From a virus: DNA of 64,000 nt. A program made the translations under genes and the position numbers. Under the pieces are notes generated by a model. It ran no database searches. It was not told where the DNA came from and worked only from the letters and a program-made list of their open reading frames with translations. The stretch lies in the IMG/VR virus record IMGVR_UViG_3300031521_000015. One strand, written 5' to 3'. Shown one piece after another: positions 1 to 10,660 of the stretch. How positions within the stretch are numbered: position 1 is the first letter of the stretch; each line of letters begins with the position of its first letter.

Positions 1-2
1 TT

Positions 3-401
3 GATTGGATTCAATGTTCAGAATTTGCATGTATTAATTTAGTTAAAAAAGTTTGTGAAATTAAACATGACAACTGTGAAATGACAACTACAGATATAGG
101 AAATATTCTTAACATAAAAGGTCAAACTGCGAGAAAATATTTAAAGCAAGGTTCTGAAATATGGGATTGGATTAATTATGATGCAAAAGAAGAAATGGAA
201 AAAGCATTGGGTAAAAAAGTAGAAATATTTAAAGATGGAATAAGTTTAGGTGTTTTTAAGTCTATAATTGAATTAGAAAGACGAAGTTTAGAAATATTTG
301 GAGTTAAATTATTTAATGCTAATATAGGGAAAGTTTGTCAAGGGATAAGTGGACATCATCATGGATTTACATTTAAATATATTGATTCGGAAATATATTA
401 A
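3..401 (+). CDS. C-terminal part of a NUMOD1/HTH-containing putative homing endonuclease (5' end outside window)
   Basis: Frame is open from position 3. HTH-like segment (TTTDIGNILNIKGQTARKYLKQG) and NUMOD1-like tail (GVFKSIIELER...IGKVCQG...HGFTFKY). Confidence 0.55.
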   Translation, partial: DWIQCSEFACINLVKKVCEIKHDNCEMTTTDIGNILNIKGQTARKYLKQGSEIWDWINYDAKEEMEKALGKKVEIFKDGISLGVFKSIIELERRSLEIFGVKLFNANIGKVCQGISGHHHGFTFKYIDSEIY

Positions 402-445
402 TGCAGTATAGTAAATGAATTAAAATCACAATATAACTTATTTTT

Positions 446-475
446 AGAACCCATTTAAATATAATGGGTTCTTTT
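446..475 (+). terminator. Rho-independent terminator
   Basis: Stem AGAACCCATT/AATGGGTTCT followed by T tract. Confidence 0.7.
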
Positions 476-510
476 ATTATGTAAAAAACAAAAACTAATT
501 AAATAAGAAA

Positions 511-573
511 GGAGGTGAACTTTAGTGAGGTCTGATATTTATAATATGCTATCTCACTAAAGTAATATAATTG
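511..573 (+). promoter_or_regulatory. Shine-Dalgarno separated from TTG start by an 11-13 bp hairpin
   Basis: GGAGGTG at 511-517; ACTTTAGTGAG (519-529) pairs with CTCACTAAAGT (553-563); TTG at 571. Confidence 0.6.
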
Positions 574-1353
574 GCAGAATATGTATATCATGAAGATTTT
601 CGATTAGGAGATAAAACTTTAAGTTATTTTAATGGAACAATAATTAATACCGAGGACACGAAAAAGAAATATAATCTCCTTCCCGAGATAGAACACATTA
701 CAGATAAAGATTCTTCAAACAATGGAGAAAGATATATCAGAAGTAGATATCAACCAAGGACAATTCCTATTTCTGTAATATTTGAAGGAGATGTCGATTT
801 AGAAGAATTAAATGCTTGGTTGGGAGTTAATAAACAACAAACATTTTCTTGGTGTGATGAACAATTTGTAGATAAAGAAATTGATGTAATATATGATAAA
901 GGCTTTGATATGGAAGTTTATTATGGTAAAAAATTTTATGGAGAAGTTGAATTATCTTTTATAGCACACGACCCATTATGGAGAGTAACAAACGAAAAAG
1001 ATAAAATAATTACAAATCCTGCTATTGGTAATAAATATTATTTTAAAAACAAAGGTAATATTGAAAGTTTGCCTATTTTAAAAATAACTCCTAATGGTAC
1101 ACAATCAACAATAGTATTTACTTGGAATGACTTGATTATAACGTTAAAAAATATAGATAAAGATATATATATTGATTCAGAAGGACAGGTTTATTCATAT
1201 GTAAATGGAGTGCGAACATCTCAGATGGACAAATATTTTTCAAATGAATATTATGACATGCCGATATTACAACCTTTCATAAAAAATACATTTATTTTAA
1301 ATACGGGTTCAGTTTCTCAACTGTCAGTAACTTTAAATTCAAAAATATTATAG
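571..1353 (+). CDS. Distal tail protein (Dit, siphophage tail family)
   Basis: YQPRTIPISV...LNAWL...FIAHDP...NKGNIESLPILKI pattern, size, and position before a Tal-like gene. Confidence 0.8.
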   Translation: MAEYVYHEDFRLGDKTLSYFNGTIINTEDTKKKYNLLPEIEHITDKDSSNNGERYIRSRYQPRTIPISVIFEGDVDLEELNAWLGVNKQQTFSWCDEQFVDKEIDVIYDKGFDMEVYYGKKFYGEVELSFIAHDPLWRVTNEKDKIITNPAIGNKYYFKNKGNIESLPILKITPNGTQSTIVFTWNDLIITLKNIDKDIYIDSEGQVYSYVNGVRTSQMDKYFSNEYYDMPILQPFIKNTFILNTGSVSQLSVTLNSKIL

Positions 1354-1368
1354 GAACGGGGTGGTTAA

Positions 1369-3024
1369 ATGAAAGCTATAAAAAGAAAAATATTATATCC
1401 CGTTTTAAAACTATATTCACCTAATAAACAACCACTAGCTATATTATCTAACAAAAATGTAAACCTTGCTTATGAAATAGTGAAGAAGAGTATATTAAAT
1501 GATGTAACAACTTTAACGTTTAAAATTCCATTTGATAATACAATAATAAGTTACGATAGTGCTGAAATGTTAGTAAAATTTGAAAATGATTTTTACATAA
1601 TAAAGACCGTAGAATTAAGTGATACAGATTCTAACACATTGAGTATAACTTGTGAAAGTGAGTTCACAGAAATTAAAGGTATTAGATGTCAAGCTCTAAC
1701 ATTGGATAATGCGTCAGGGAAAACACCAAAAGAATTATTTGATATTATAATAACATCTCCTTTAAATGTTGATTTAACAAGGTTATACAAATGGGGTGGA
1801 ACAGATATTACTGAAACATATAGATATATTGAAGCTGAATCTGGAACATCTGTATTTGAAAATCTATTAACATTGTGTGAGAAGTTTGATGGATGGATGG
1901 AGTTAACTACAGATTCAGATGGACAAAAGTGGGTATATTTGAGAAAAAATGCTATTGACAATGGTAAATTTATAAGAAAAGGACAAGGGCTAAAATCATT
2001 AGATATCACTTATGATAGTACAGGTATCTTTACTCGTTTACATGCTTATGGTGCAAGTGATGAAGATACAACAAACCCAATAAATATAACAAGTGTAAAT
2101 CCTACGGGGAAATTATATGTAGAAGACATTAGTTGGTTTAAGGCAAAAGGTATGACTACAGAAGAAATATATGTAACTCCAAGATGTGTACAAGAAACTG
2201 ATTATACAGATACAAATATTATAGATGTGAATACTTTATATCAAACAGCATTAGAACAATTGAAAAAAGTGAGTTTACCAGTACTTAGTGGGAAAATATC
2301 TATGAGCGATTTTTCGGTGTATGAGGATTCATCTTTAACCGAACCAGTTGTAGGGGAACAAGTTATCATTATAGATAAGGATATAGATTTTAATTTAACT
2401 GCACAAATAGAGTCTGTAGAAAGAAAATATACTGAAAACCCTTTTGATGTAACGGTAGAATTAACAAACGTCATAAAATACAGTAGTATATTAAAAGATT
2501 TACAAACAAGTTCTGATATAGTAAATAAAGTTACAACTACAACTACCAATGGAACTCCAGCAATAAACACTGCTTCACTAACAGGAAATATAGATGCAAG
2601 TCTGATTAAAACAGGTATTTTAAAGTCAATAAATGACTATTTTTTGTTGAATTTGACCGATGGAACGTTTAATTTTTTAAACAAACTATATTCAAATAAT
2701 GGTTTGATTAATGTCCCTACATTGCCAACTACAACAAGTGATAAACAAATTGCAAATACAGAATTTGTTACAAATAAATTAAATGAAAGACAAAATGTAA
2801 TTGTAGATACCATAACAACTACAATAACATCTGGTACAAGCAATATAACATTAAATATAACTGGTTTAGGAATGAATCCTATTATTATTACTAATGGAGA
2901 TTATTCATTAAATCAAGCACAAATTTTAGGGGTTAAAAATGTAAGTACGGATGTGGTTACAGTATATTATTCAAATGCAATAGATGGTAACTGTAAATTT
3001 AATTTTACATATAAAACAAATTAA
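1369..3024 (+). CDS. Tail tip/spike protein (Tal, prophage tail endopeptidase-like N-terminus)
   Basis: TLTFKIP, IRKGQGLKSLDITYDSTGIFTRLHAYG and VGEQVIIID motifs; follows Dit. Confidence 0.8.
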   Translation: MKAIKRKILYPVLKLYSPNKQPLAILSNKNVNLAYEIVKKSILNDVTTLTFKIPFDNTIISYDSAEMLVKFENDFYIIKTVELSDTDSNTLSITCESEFTEIKGIRCQALTLDNASGKTPKELFDIIITSPLNVDLTRLYKWGGTDITETYRYIEAESGTSVFENLLTLCEKFDGWMELTTDSDGQKWVYLRKNAIDNGKFIRKGQGLKSLDITYDSTGIFTRLHAYGASDEDTTNPINITSVNPTGKLYVEDISWFKAKGMTTEEIYVTPRCVQETDYTDTNIIDVNTLYQTALEQLKKVSLPVLSGKISMSDFSVYEDSSLTEPVVGEQVIIIDKDIDFNLTAQIESVERKYTENPFDVTVELTNVIKYSSILKDLQTSSDIVNKVTTTTTNGTPAINTASLTGNIDASLIKTGILKSINDYFLLNLTDGTFNFLNKLYSNNGLINVPTLPTTTSDKQIANTEFVTNKLNERQNVIVDTITTTITSGTSNITLNITGLGMNPIIITNGDYSLNQAQILGVKNVSTDVVTVYYSNAIDGNCKFNFTYKTN

Positions 3025-3047
3025 TATATGAAAGGGAAGGTGATAAA

Positions 3048-5195
3048 ATGTCAAATATTTTTACATGGGAAACACAGGATATAGACTTAAAAGAATGTAT
3101 AAAATTAAAAACTAATTGTCAACAAATGGACACAATGGTTTTACAATTTAATGTATATGACTATGATGTTCCAGTTGATTTAACTAATTTTAATATTACA
3201 TTTGTAGCTAAAAAACCAGACGGAACTATATATGGTCAAGTTGAAAATATAACTAAAGTTGGAAAACTATTAACTATAAATTGTAGTAACCAATTGTCAA
3301 CATCTACAGGAAAAGTTATTGGGATACTTGAACTTACAGATAATTTAGGAAATAGAAAATCTAGCTATTTTATAGTATTAAACGTTAGTGGGCTTGTGAA
3401 TGATGATGATAGAGTCGTTTCAAGAAACTTTGTTGATATTTTAGAACGATTTGATGATGATGTAAATATAGCAATGGCATTAAGTGCAAGTTTTAAAGCA
3501 GATATTCTTGAAGCACAAGCAATAGCTGATGATTTTGCAATAAAAGTACCACAAGCAAGTGCAGTAGATAACACATTGAATGATTCTATTGATGAAGCCA
3601 ATGCAATAGAATCTAGATTAAATCCCTTATATCAGAACTCAAAAGCAATAAGTGACAAATTAGATATATCTATTCCTAGTGCAACGACTATTAGGGATGA
3701 ATTAGACTCAGCAAAAATAAGTGCAAACATAGATAAAGATGATTTAATATCTGTAATAGCTAATGCTGATGTCGAATTACAAAAATTTAAAAATTATGAT
3801 ACAACTCAATTAGTACCACTTTCAAACACAATGCTAAATGAGACATATTGTAATAAAGAATTATTGTCTATCAATCATGGATTAAATGGATATCCAGTAG
3901 TTAAATTAACTTATACTGAATTTGGAGCTGGGGTAGGTGGTGCAGGTAACTTCCCTGCTGGAGCTGATAGCGATTGTAATTTAATGCAAAATAAAGCAAT
4001 ATATACAGATAATAATAATGTGACTATATTTGTACCTTTAAATTATTATATTGCAAGTCCAACAATAAATAAAATAAATGATTATAAATATATAGTAACT
4101 TTTTTAAACTCTACTAGAAGTGTTTTAATTGAATTAATAGAAGGAAGTATAGAAGAAGAAATTAAATCAATTAATGATAGTATAGTGTCAATTAATAATT
4201 CAATATCTGATTTAAACTATCAAACTGCACAAGGAACTGCAAACGAATTGGTACTAGTTATTAATAAGACTTTAACAAATGGATATCCATTAAAATTTAT
4301 AGCAAAATATAATAATAATGGGGCTTCAACGACTATAAATAATAAGCATTTTTATAAACCTAATGGTACTAATCCACCTGTTTTAGTACAAGGAAAGGCA
4401 TATGATATTTGGTATGATTTAGGTAATGATTGTTTTTTTCTAAAAGCTAATGCGGTAGGAAATACTATAGCGTCCCACGTATTAGCAGGAGACGGGTTTA
4501 GTACAGATATTGATACAGATTTAATAGGAACAATGCCTATCAACGGTACACTTTCTAAATTATTAAATTGTGGTGAAAGTTATAATCCCCCACTTGGATA
4601 TATAGATGGTGGAACAATTAGTGCAAATTCATTAGCTAGTCAAACTATCGCAAGTGCAACTGCTAATCAAATATTATATGGAATAACTGCATGGATAAAC
4701 GGAGTTAAAATAACAGGAAATATACCAAGTAAAACAGCACAAACTTATAAACCTTCAATATCAGATCAAGTAATTTCATCTGGGCAATATATCAGCGAAA
4801 CGCAAACCATAAAAGGATATACCGATTTAGTCAGTGCGAATATTGTAAAAGACAAGGTTATAGGAGACGTAGTGGGAAGTGCTACAATAGAAAGTTTGGG
4901 AGGTAAGCACTATGCTGAAGGCTCAATTTATGTAACACCAACAGGAGTAACTATACCTCTTAATTTTACTCCAAGAATTGTTATATTTAAGTATACTGAT
5001 CCTACTAATATTTTATGGACAAGTGAAGTAAGCGTATCAATTAATGGAGTTAATACTATATACGGTAGGGCTGATACTGCTGACCAGTATGAAATGTATA
5101 CAGATGCTAGTAATTTAGTGTTAAATGTAGCTAGTGTTGCTTTTAGAGCTAGAATTATAACTAATGTTACTTACAGTTACTATATTACGGAATAA
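3048..5195 (+). CDS. BppU-family baseplate upper protein / tail fibre
   Basis: N-terminal QQMDT..LQFNVYD...VDLT..ITFVAKKPDG (BppU/DUF2479-like), coiled coil, and clostridial fibre repeats (ATANQILYGITAWING.KITG). Confidence 0.75.
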   Translation: MSNIFTWETQDIDLKECIKLKTNCQQMDTMVLQFNVYDYDVPVDLTNFNITFVAKKPDGTIYGQVENITKVGKLLTINCSNQLSTSTGKVIGILELTDNLGNRKSSYFIVLNVSGLVNDDDRVVSRNFVDILERFDDDVNIAMALSASFKADILEAQAIADDFAIKVPQASAVDNTLNDSIDEANAIESRLNPLYQNSKAISDKLDISIPSATTIRDELDSAKISANIDKDDLISVIANADVELQKFKNYDTTQLVPLSNTMLNETYCNKELLSINHGLNGYPVVKLTYTEFGAGVGGAGNFPAGADSDCNLMQNKAIYTDNNNVTIFVPLNYYIASPTINKINDYKYIVTFLNSTRSVLIELIEGSIEEEIKSINDSIVSINNSISDLNYQTAQGTANELVLVINKTLTNGYPLKFIAKYNNNGASTTINNKHFYKPNGTNPPVLVQGKAYDIWYDLGNDCFFLKANAVGNTIASHVLAGDGFSTDIDTDLIGTMPINGTLSKLLNCGESYNPPLGYIDGGTISANSLASQTIASATANQILYGITAWINGVKITGNIPSKTAQTYKPSISDQVISSGQYISETQTIKGYTDLVSANIVKDKVIGDVVGSATIESLGGKHYAEGSIYVTPTGVTIPLNFTPRIVIFKYTDPTNILWTSEVSVSINGVNTIYGRADTADQYEMYTDASNLVLNVASVAFRARIITNVTYSYYITE

Positions 5196-5212
5196 TATGA
5201 GGAGGTTAAACT

Positions 5213-5632
5213 GTGAATGAAATAAAAGCAAAAATATATTATTTTATATCTACAGGAGAAATATTAACTATAACACCAGAAGGGACTTTAAGAGAAACAA
5301 CTAAAGAACAAGACATGGAAATATATGAACAATTAAAAGATAAAAATATAGATGAAATTGATTATATAGAATTAGAATATGGAACTTTAGCATCTATTTT
5401 TAATAATGTTAAATCATATTCGGTAGATGTAAAAACTAAGACTTTAAAATATGAATATTATACACAAGAAGAATTAGATACTAAAAAACAAAAACAAAAA
5501 GAGCAACAAATTATATTAGATAGGAAAAATACTATTTCTACATATGTCAATTTAGATACAACATCAATTGAGGATTTGGAAAAGTATTTTTTATTAAGAG
5601 AAAAAAATAAAACAATAGGAGGTATAAGATAA
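5213..5632 (+). CDS. Small tail-fibre-associated protein (assembly chaperone-like)
   Basis: KIYY...TGEIL..TPE start typical of genes following clostridial phage fibres; RBS GAGGAGG. Confidence 0.55.
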   Translation: MNEIKAKIYYFISTGEILTITPEGTLRETTKEQDMEIYEQLKDKNIDEIDYIELEYGTLASIFNNVKSYSVDVKTKTLKYEYYTQEELDTKKQKQKEQQIILDRKNTISTYVNLDTTSIEDLEKYFLLREKNKTIGGIR

Positions 5633-5826
5633 TGGAAACATTAACTGAAATGCAGACATTGTTAGAAAGATTATTAACAAGTAGAATTAATGATGAAAAA
5701 TTAAAAATTGTTAGTGAACAAGATTTCACGGAAATAACAAATATAATAAATATATTTTTAGCAGACGCAAAAATTACTACGACTCAGTATGCGATTTTGA
5801 CTAAGTTAATTATTTTACCTTCTTAG
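5632..5826 (+). CDS. Small tail-associated protein (XkdX-like position)
   Basis: Overlapping stop/start (TAATG), RBS AGGAGG, KITTTQY motif. Confidence 0.5.
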   Translation: METLTEMQTLLERLLTSRINDEKLKIVSEQDFTEITNIINIFLADAKITTTQYAILTKLIILPS

Positions 5827-6006
5827 TAAATAAATTAAATAATAAGATAAAATATATAGACAATTTGAATAACTCCATTGGAGTCTTTTTTATTGTCTAA
5901 AATTAATAAAGTGAGACTTATAAATTAAGATTTTAGGTTTAAATCATAGTTTCTAAAAATTAAATAAGTAAATATAGAGAATACAGTATAGAAAGGACTG
6001 ATATAA

Positions 6007-6217
6007 ATGGCAGTAATTAAGACTAGGGAAGGCTACCAACTCAATGCCCCCCCCTTATAAAGAATTTATGGCAAATGAAGGAGATATATTACCTGATAAT
6101 ACAAACCACTTAGAAGGATTTATACAGAATGGAAGTCAAATAACAATTCTAATGGATAATGATACAATAGTAGCTAAAATATTTAATTCAAAAACTAATA
6201 GATGGATTACATTCTGA
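6007..6217 (+). pseudogene. 69-aa phage protein frameshifted at a C8 tract
   Basis: RBS GAAAGGA, ATG 6007, C8 at 6047-6054 gives an early TAA; C7 restores MAVIKTREGYQLNAPPYKEFMANE...FNSKTNRWITF. Confidence 0.6.
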
Positions 6218-6245
6218 AATAAATTAAAGAAAGAAGTGATGAAAA

Positions 6246-6750
6246 TTGATAGATTTCTTTACTCTCAATAAAGCAAAAGCCTATACTAGTCAAGAAATTA
6301 CAAAAGTTGTAACAGGTATTAAATCAATAAACCCTAGTGGTTCACAATTAGTATTTACATTATTAAGTTCTGTCTAAATTTACATATGTAAATAATCAAT
6401 TATTTTACAATGGATTACCTTTTGAAAATGAAATATCCAACCCTACTATAAAAATATCAGATGAATACAAACTGGCAACTATCACTCACAACCTAAATAC
6501 CTATCCATCTATTAGAGCTTTATATACTCAATATGGTGGTGGTATTGGTGGAGCTGGCGATTTTCCAGCTGGTGATACAACTTATAAACTAGAAAATAAA
6601 ATAGCTTATGATGATAAAAATACAATTACTATATATATACCTTTAAAATATTTAGGGAGTAATCCTGTTATTGAAAAAATCACAGATACGGAATATATAA
6701 TTACATATAGTGATTCGGTCATTAGTGTGATATTAAATATAATAATTTAA
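6246..6750 (+). pseudogene. Frameshifted or internally deleted fibre-related gene, paralogous to an internal domain of 3048..5195
   Basis: Frame A 6246-6377 (MIDFFTLNKAKAYT...). Startless frame B 6367-6750 has ITHNLNTYP...YGGGIGGAGDFPAG...TITIYIPL, matching INHGLNGYP...FGAGVGGAGNFPAG...NVTIFVPL. Confidence 0.7.
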
Positions 6751-6784
6751 AACAAATTAAACGAATAAGGAGTGTGATTATATA

Positions 6785-9031
6785 ATGGCAATAGAAAACA
6801 TAATTAAAGGAGAGCCAGATTGGCATTTGAAAATAAATAATAATATTGGCGAATTAAATGGAAATACAACTTTAAATGCTAATAAAATTGGAAATTTAAC
6901 AACAGATGTAGCTAGTCATTCTACGCAATTGTCAGATATTGTACAGGAACAAACAACACAAAATGCTAATATTGGATTAAAAGCTAATCAAAATGCATTA
7001 GATACTACTAATGCCAATGTAGCAAATAATACAGCTACAATATCTACACATACATCGCAAATAGCAACTAATACATCTGCAATTGCAAGTTTAGCGAGTG
7101 GTTCTCCAAAGGGAGTTTATACCACTTTAGCATTATTACAAACTGCTTTTCCAACAGGAAACACAAATACTTATATAGTAAGTGCAGATGGTTGTTGGTA
7201 CTACTGGAATGGTTCTGCTTGGACAAGTGGTGGAATTTATCAAAGCATATCTATTTCAGATAATGCAGTATCGGAAGCTAAACTAAAAGATTTATTATCA
7301 GCCGATTTATTTACTTACACAGGTGGAGAAACAGGCGGATATTACGCTTGGAATTATGTATGGACTGCTTCTGCTGGTAAAAATGTATCTGCAAGAATAC
7401 CAGTTTCTTATTTAGATGTCGTTAAATTTGATATTAAAAGCACAAGTTATAAAGAATTAATTGCTTTTGATTCAAGTGGAAATTGTGTATATTATAATTC
7501 TAGTGCATTAAATGCAAGTACGGGTGCTTACTATTTTACTATATCAAACAAAGCATGGGCTTATATATCTGTGCAAAATGACATTAGTGCAAATGGTTTG
7601 CTAATTAATTCCGTTAAAAAATTTGCATCTCCGAATTGGACTACTTATTTATTTAATCAAAAAATACAAAGTACAACGGATAGCATTAACACAATAAATA
7701 CTACTATAACAGGTACAAAAAATGCTATGCGTTATAACTACGTAGACCATGATAGTTATGTAGTTGGAACATATAGCAAAGCAACACCTCCAGTGTTCGC
7801 AAGTGATGGTTTAAATGTGTATAAAATATATACTGTTGCAGAAGGTCAAACACTTAAAATACATCCATATGGGAATCCATATATTGCTGTTTACTTTTGT
7901 ACTAATGATTCTGGAACTTTTATAAGTGGTTCGTTATATACAGTATCAAGCTATAATAACACATATCAAACATTCACAGTACCAACAGGAGCGACTAAAT
8001 TATATGTGGCTTGTGAGAAAAACTGTATTGATTATACTTATGTTGAACGTTACGGAATCAATAAAAATCCAACTCAATGGAATGATAAAAGTGCAGTAAT
8101 TTTTGGAACATCGATACCAGCTGGATTCGGTGCAGGAATAAACGGATTAGATACTACTAATTATAGAGAAAATAGTTATCCATTATTAATGGCTCACTAT
8201 TTAAGTATGACAATTACAAACGAAGCAGTAGGTAGTAGTTGTGTATGTTGTAGAAAACAAAGTTTAGTGAATCCAACTACTAATCCTTATGGTTTTATAA
8301 ACAATTTTGAAGCAGTTTCAAGATGTTTGACTAATACAATTGAACAAATGCAGTGGATTGCAAATTGGATAAATTATAAAATTAATAGTGGAACTTATGG
8401 CAATAGTGGTACATATGATTCAAGCGTATTTACAAGTGCTTTCCCTACAACATGGACTACTACAGATACGAACTATATAAAATCTTACTCTTATGAAAAT
8501 AAACTAGTCGTAAATCATCTCGGAAATAATAGAAAAGACTTGTATATATTTGAACATGGTCATAACGATATAGGTACTGATAATTTTACTACAGATACTA
8601 CTGGTTCAAATGGTATGTTTAGTTATAGTGGTTGTATGAATTTTCTTATTAACTTAATTTTAACTGATAATCCAAGAACAAAAATAGTTATTATGAGTCA
8701 TTATGACAATCAAAAGCATACTGGGGTAAATAGTATCATTACAGCACAAAAAAATGTTGCAGATTATTGGGAAATTCCATTTTTATCATTGTACGATAAA
8801 TTAGGAATGTCACAAGGGACAATAAAAACAACTGGATATTGGGATGTAACAGGATATTCAGATGGTTCTGCATGGTGGGTTGCTAGTGGTGGAACAGAAC
8901 AAACAATTTCAATGGTTAATTTATGGCTACCTGATGGAACACATCCACATACAGATAAAAGTGGCAAAGCAAATAGGCATATTGCTAAACAGGCAAGCGA
9001 ATTGCTGAAAACTGTAAGCGTTGCTTATTAA
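6785..9031 (+). CDS. Virion-associated fibre with C-terminal SGNH/GDSL esterase domain
   Basis: Coiled-coil N-terminus, ASGSPKGVY.TL..L..AFPTG fibre motif, SGNH blocks FGTSI, NEAVGSS, HGHND, DGTHP. Confidence 0.8.
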   Translation: MAIENIIKGEPDWHLKINNNIGELNGNTTLNANKIGNLTTDVASHSTQLSDIVQEQTTQNANIGLKANQNALDTTNANVANNTATISTHTSQIATNTSAIASLASGSPKGVYTTLALLQTAFPTGNTNTYIVSADGCWYYWNGSAWTSGGIYQSISISDNAVSEAKLKDLLSADLFTYTGGETGGYYAWNYVWTASAGKNVSARIPVSYLDVVKFDIKSTSYKELIAFDSSGNCVYYNSSALNASTGAYYFTISNKAWAYISVQNDISANGLLINSVKKFASPNWTTYLFNQKIQSTTDSINTINTTITGTKNAMRYNYVDHDSYVVGTYSKATPPVFASDGLNVYKIYTVAEGQTLKIHPYGNPYIAVYFCTNDSGTFISGSLYTVSSYNNTYQTFTVPTGATKLYVACEKNCIDYTYVERYGINKNPTQWNDKSAVIFGTSIPAGFGAGINGLDTTNYRENSYPLLMAHYLSMTITNEAVGSSCVCCRKQSLVNPTTNPYGFINNFEAVSRCLTNTIEQMQWIANWINYKINSGTYGNSGTYDSSVFTSAFPTTWTTTDTNYIKSYSYENKLVVNHLGNNRKDLYIFEHGHNDIGTDNFTTDTTGSNGMFSYSGCMNFLINLILTDNPRTKIVIMSHYDNQKHTGVNSIITAQKNVADYWEIPFLSLYDKLGMSQGTIKTTGYWDVTGYSDGSAWWVASGGTEQTISMVNLWLPDGTHPHTDKSGKANRHIAKQASELLKTVSVAY

Positions 9032-9103
9032 TAATATACGCAATAGGATAATATGGTTCGTAAGACTAATTATTTGGCAATTAAATATTAAAGCAATGTT
9101 AGG

Positions 9104-9132
9104 AGGACTATTTTAATTGATAGTCCTTTTTT
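9104..9132 (+). terminator. Rho-independent terminator
   Basis: AGGACTAT/ATAGTCCT stem plus T tract. Confidence 0.65.
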
Positions 9133-9334
9133 GTTAACATAAAATAAAATAAGAATTTTATAAGGAATTTAGTTGTCTGAACAAAAGTTATGTAATCTAA
9201 TCTATGATGATTTCTTAATTCTGAATGTAGATATTAAAATCACAAATAAGAAAAATAATTTTAAAAGACTTGGGTTAATTGTTCGAGTCTTTTTGTTATT
9301 CAAAAATTAAAAGTTAAATTTAAAAAAGGAAGCG

Positions 9335-10276
9335 ATGTATAAAATGTTAGATATTCAAAAACAATTTATCAATTACAATAAGTCTTCAAGAAGTGCGAAT
9401 CCAATATACATAGTGGTACATGATACGGGTTCACCTAATTCTACTGCACAAAACAATCATGATTATTTTGCAGGTGGAGATAGATCAGCTAGTGCCGATT
9501 ATTTTGTAGACTCCAATAATATCATTCAAATAATAGATACAGATAATTTCTACAGTTGGCAAGTGGGTGATGGTGGAGGAAAATACGGGATTTCAAATAA
9601 AAATAGTGTTGGTATAGAAATGTGTATAGGTTCTGACAGTATGCCTACAGACGCTACTATAAACAATACAATAGACTTAGTGAGATATCTAATGAGTAAG
9701 TATGGTATCAGTATTGATAACGTTGTAAGGCATTATGATGCTAGCCATAAGATTTGTCCAAACTGTTTTAGTACTAATTCATGGGCAAGATGGTATGACT
9801 TTAAAGAACAAGTTTCTAACGGTAGCACAACTTCAGGTGGAGAATGGATATTACAAGATTCTAAATGGTGGTATAAACATTCCGATGGAACTTATACAAA
9901 AGACGGTTGGGAAAAGATAGATAACTATTGGTATTTATTCGATAGTGAAGGGTATATGGTCTATGATTGGAAAAAGTCTGGAGGAAAGTGGTATTATTTA
10001 TCAGATTCAAACAATGATGGCAAAATGAAAACAGGGTGGATATTTGATAAAAATGATAGTAAGTGGTATTACTGCAATGAAGATGGTGCTATGCTTACTG
10101 GTTGGCAAAAAATAGATTCTAATTGGTATTATTTAAATATATCAGGAGCAATGCAAACAGGTTGGGTAAATGATGGTGGAAAATTCTATTGTTGTTATTC
10201 AAACGGTGTTATGATACATGATACTACAGCTTATGGATATAAATTTGCTAGTAATGGTGTTGCAACTAAGTTATAA
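9335..10276 (+). CDS. Endolysin: Amidase_2 N-acetylmuramoyl-L-alanine amidase with choline/cell-wall-binding repeats
   Basis: YIVVHDTG, SIGIEMC-like SVGIEMC, VVRHYDAS.K.CP, followed by MxTGW/WYY repeats. Confidence 0.92.
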   Translation: MYKMLDIQKQFINYNKSSRSANPIYIVVHDTGSPNSTAQNNHDYFAGGDRSASADYFVDSNNIIQIIDTDNFYSWQVGDGGGKYGISNKNSVGIEMCIGSDSMPTDATINNTIDLVRYLMSKYGISIDNVVRHYDASHKICPNCFSTNSWARWYDFKEQVSNGSTTSGGEWILQDSKWWYKHSDGTYTKDGWEKIDNYWYLFDSEGYMVYDWKKSGGKWYYLSDSNNDGKMKTGWIFDKNDSKWYYCNEDGAMLTGWQKIDSNWYYLNISGAMQTGWVNDGGKFYCCYSNGVMIHDTTAYGYKFASNGVATKL

Positions 10277-10345
10277 AATTTAAACAAATTAATTATAAAA
10301 TAAAGTTATGCTACTTAAAAGGCAAAATTTAAGGAGGAATTTATC

Positions 10346-10591
10346 ATGAGTGAAACAATGAAAACAAGATTAAAAAACAAGGCATTTTGGGTATCGCTAG
10401 TGAGTGCAGTAGTATTACTTACACAACAACTAGGTATAAATATATTCCCTGCAAATTGGGCTGATATTATGAATACAATATTAGTCATATTAACAATTTT
10501 AGGTATTGTAATTGACCCAACAACTAAAGGTATTTTAGATGCAAAAACAACTGAAACTATAGAAGAAGTTAAAACAGAAGAAATAAAATAA
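10346..10591 (+). CDS. Holin (phiLC3-like)
   Basis: RLKNKAFWVSL, two transmembrane helices, LGIVIDPTT.G..D. Confidence 0.9.
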   Translation: MSETMKTRLKNKAFWVSLVSAVVLLTQQLGINIFPANWADIMNTILVILTILGIVIDPTTKGILDAKTTETIEEVKTEEIK

Positions 10592-10629
10592 ATTAAATAG
10601 TATTTAGAATTAAGATTTTAAGTTGAATT

Positions 10630-10660
10630 GAGATTAGGGACAAGTTCTCTAGTCTCTTTT
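10630..10660 (+). terminator. Rho-independent terminator after lysis cassette
   Basis: GAGATTAGGGA/TCTCTAGTCTC stem plus T tract. Confidence 0.6.

Noticed and set aside
3048-9031. Diversity-generating retroelement or invertible shufflon at the fibre genes
   Set aside because: There is no reverse transcriptase, no near-identical TR/VR pair and no inverted cassettes; the paralogy is protein-level only.
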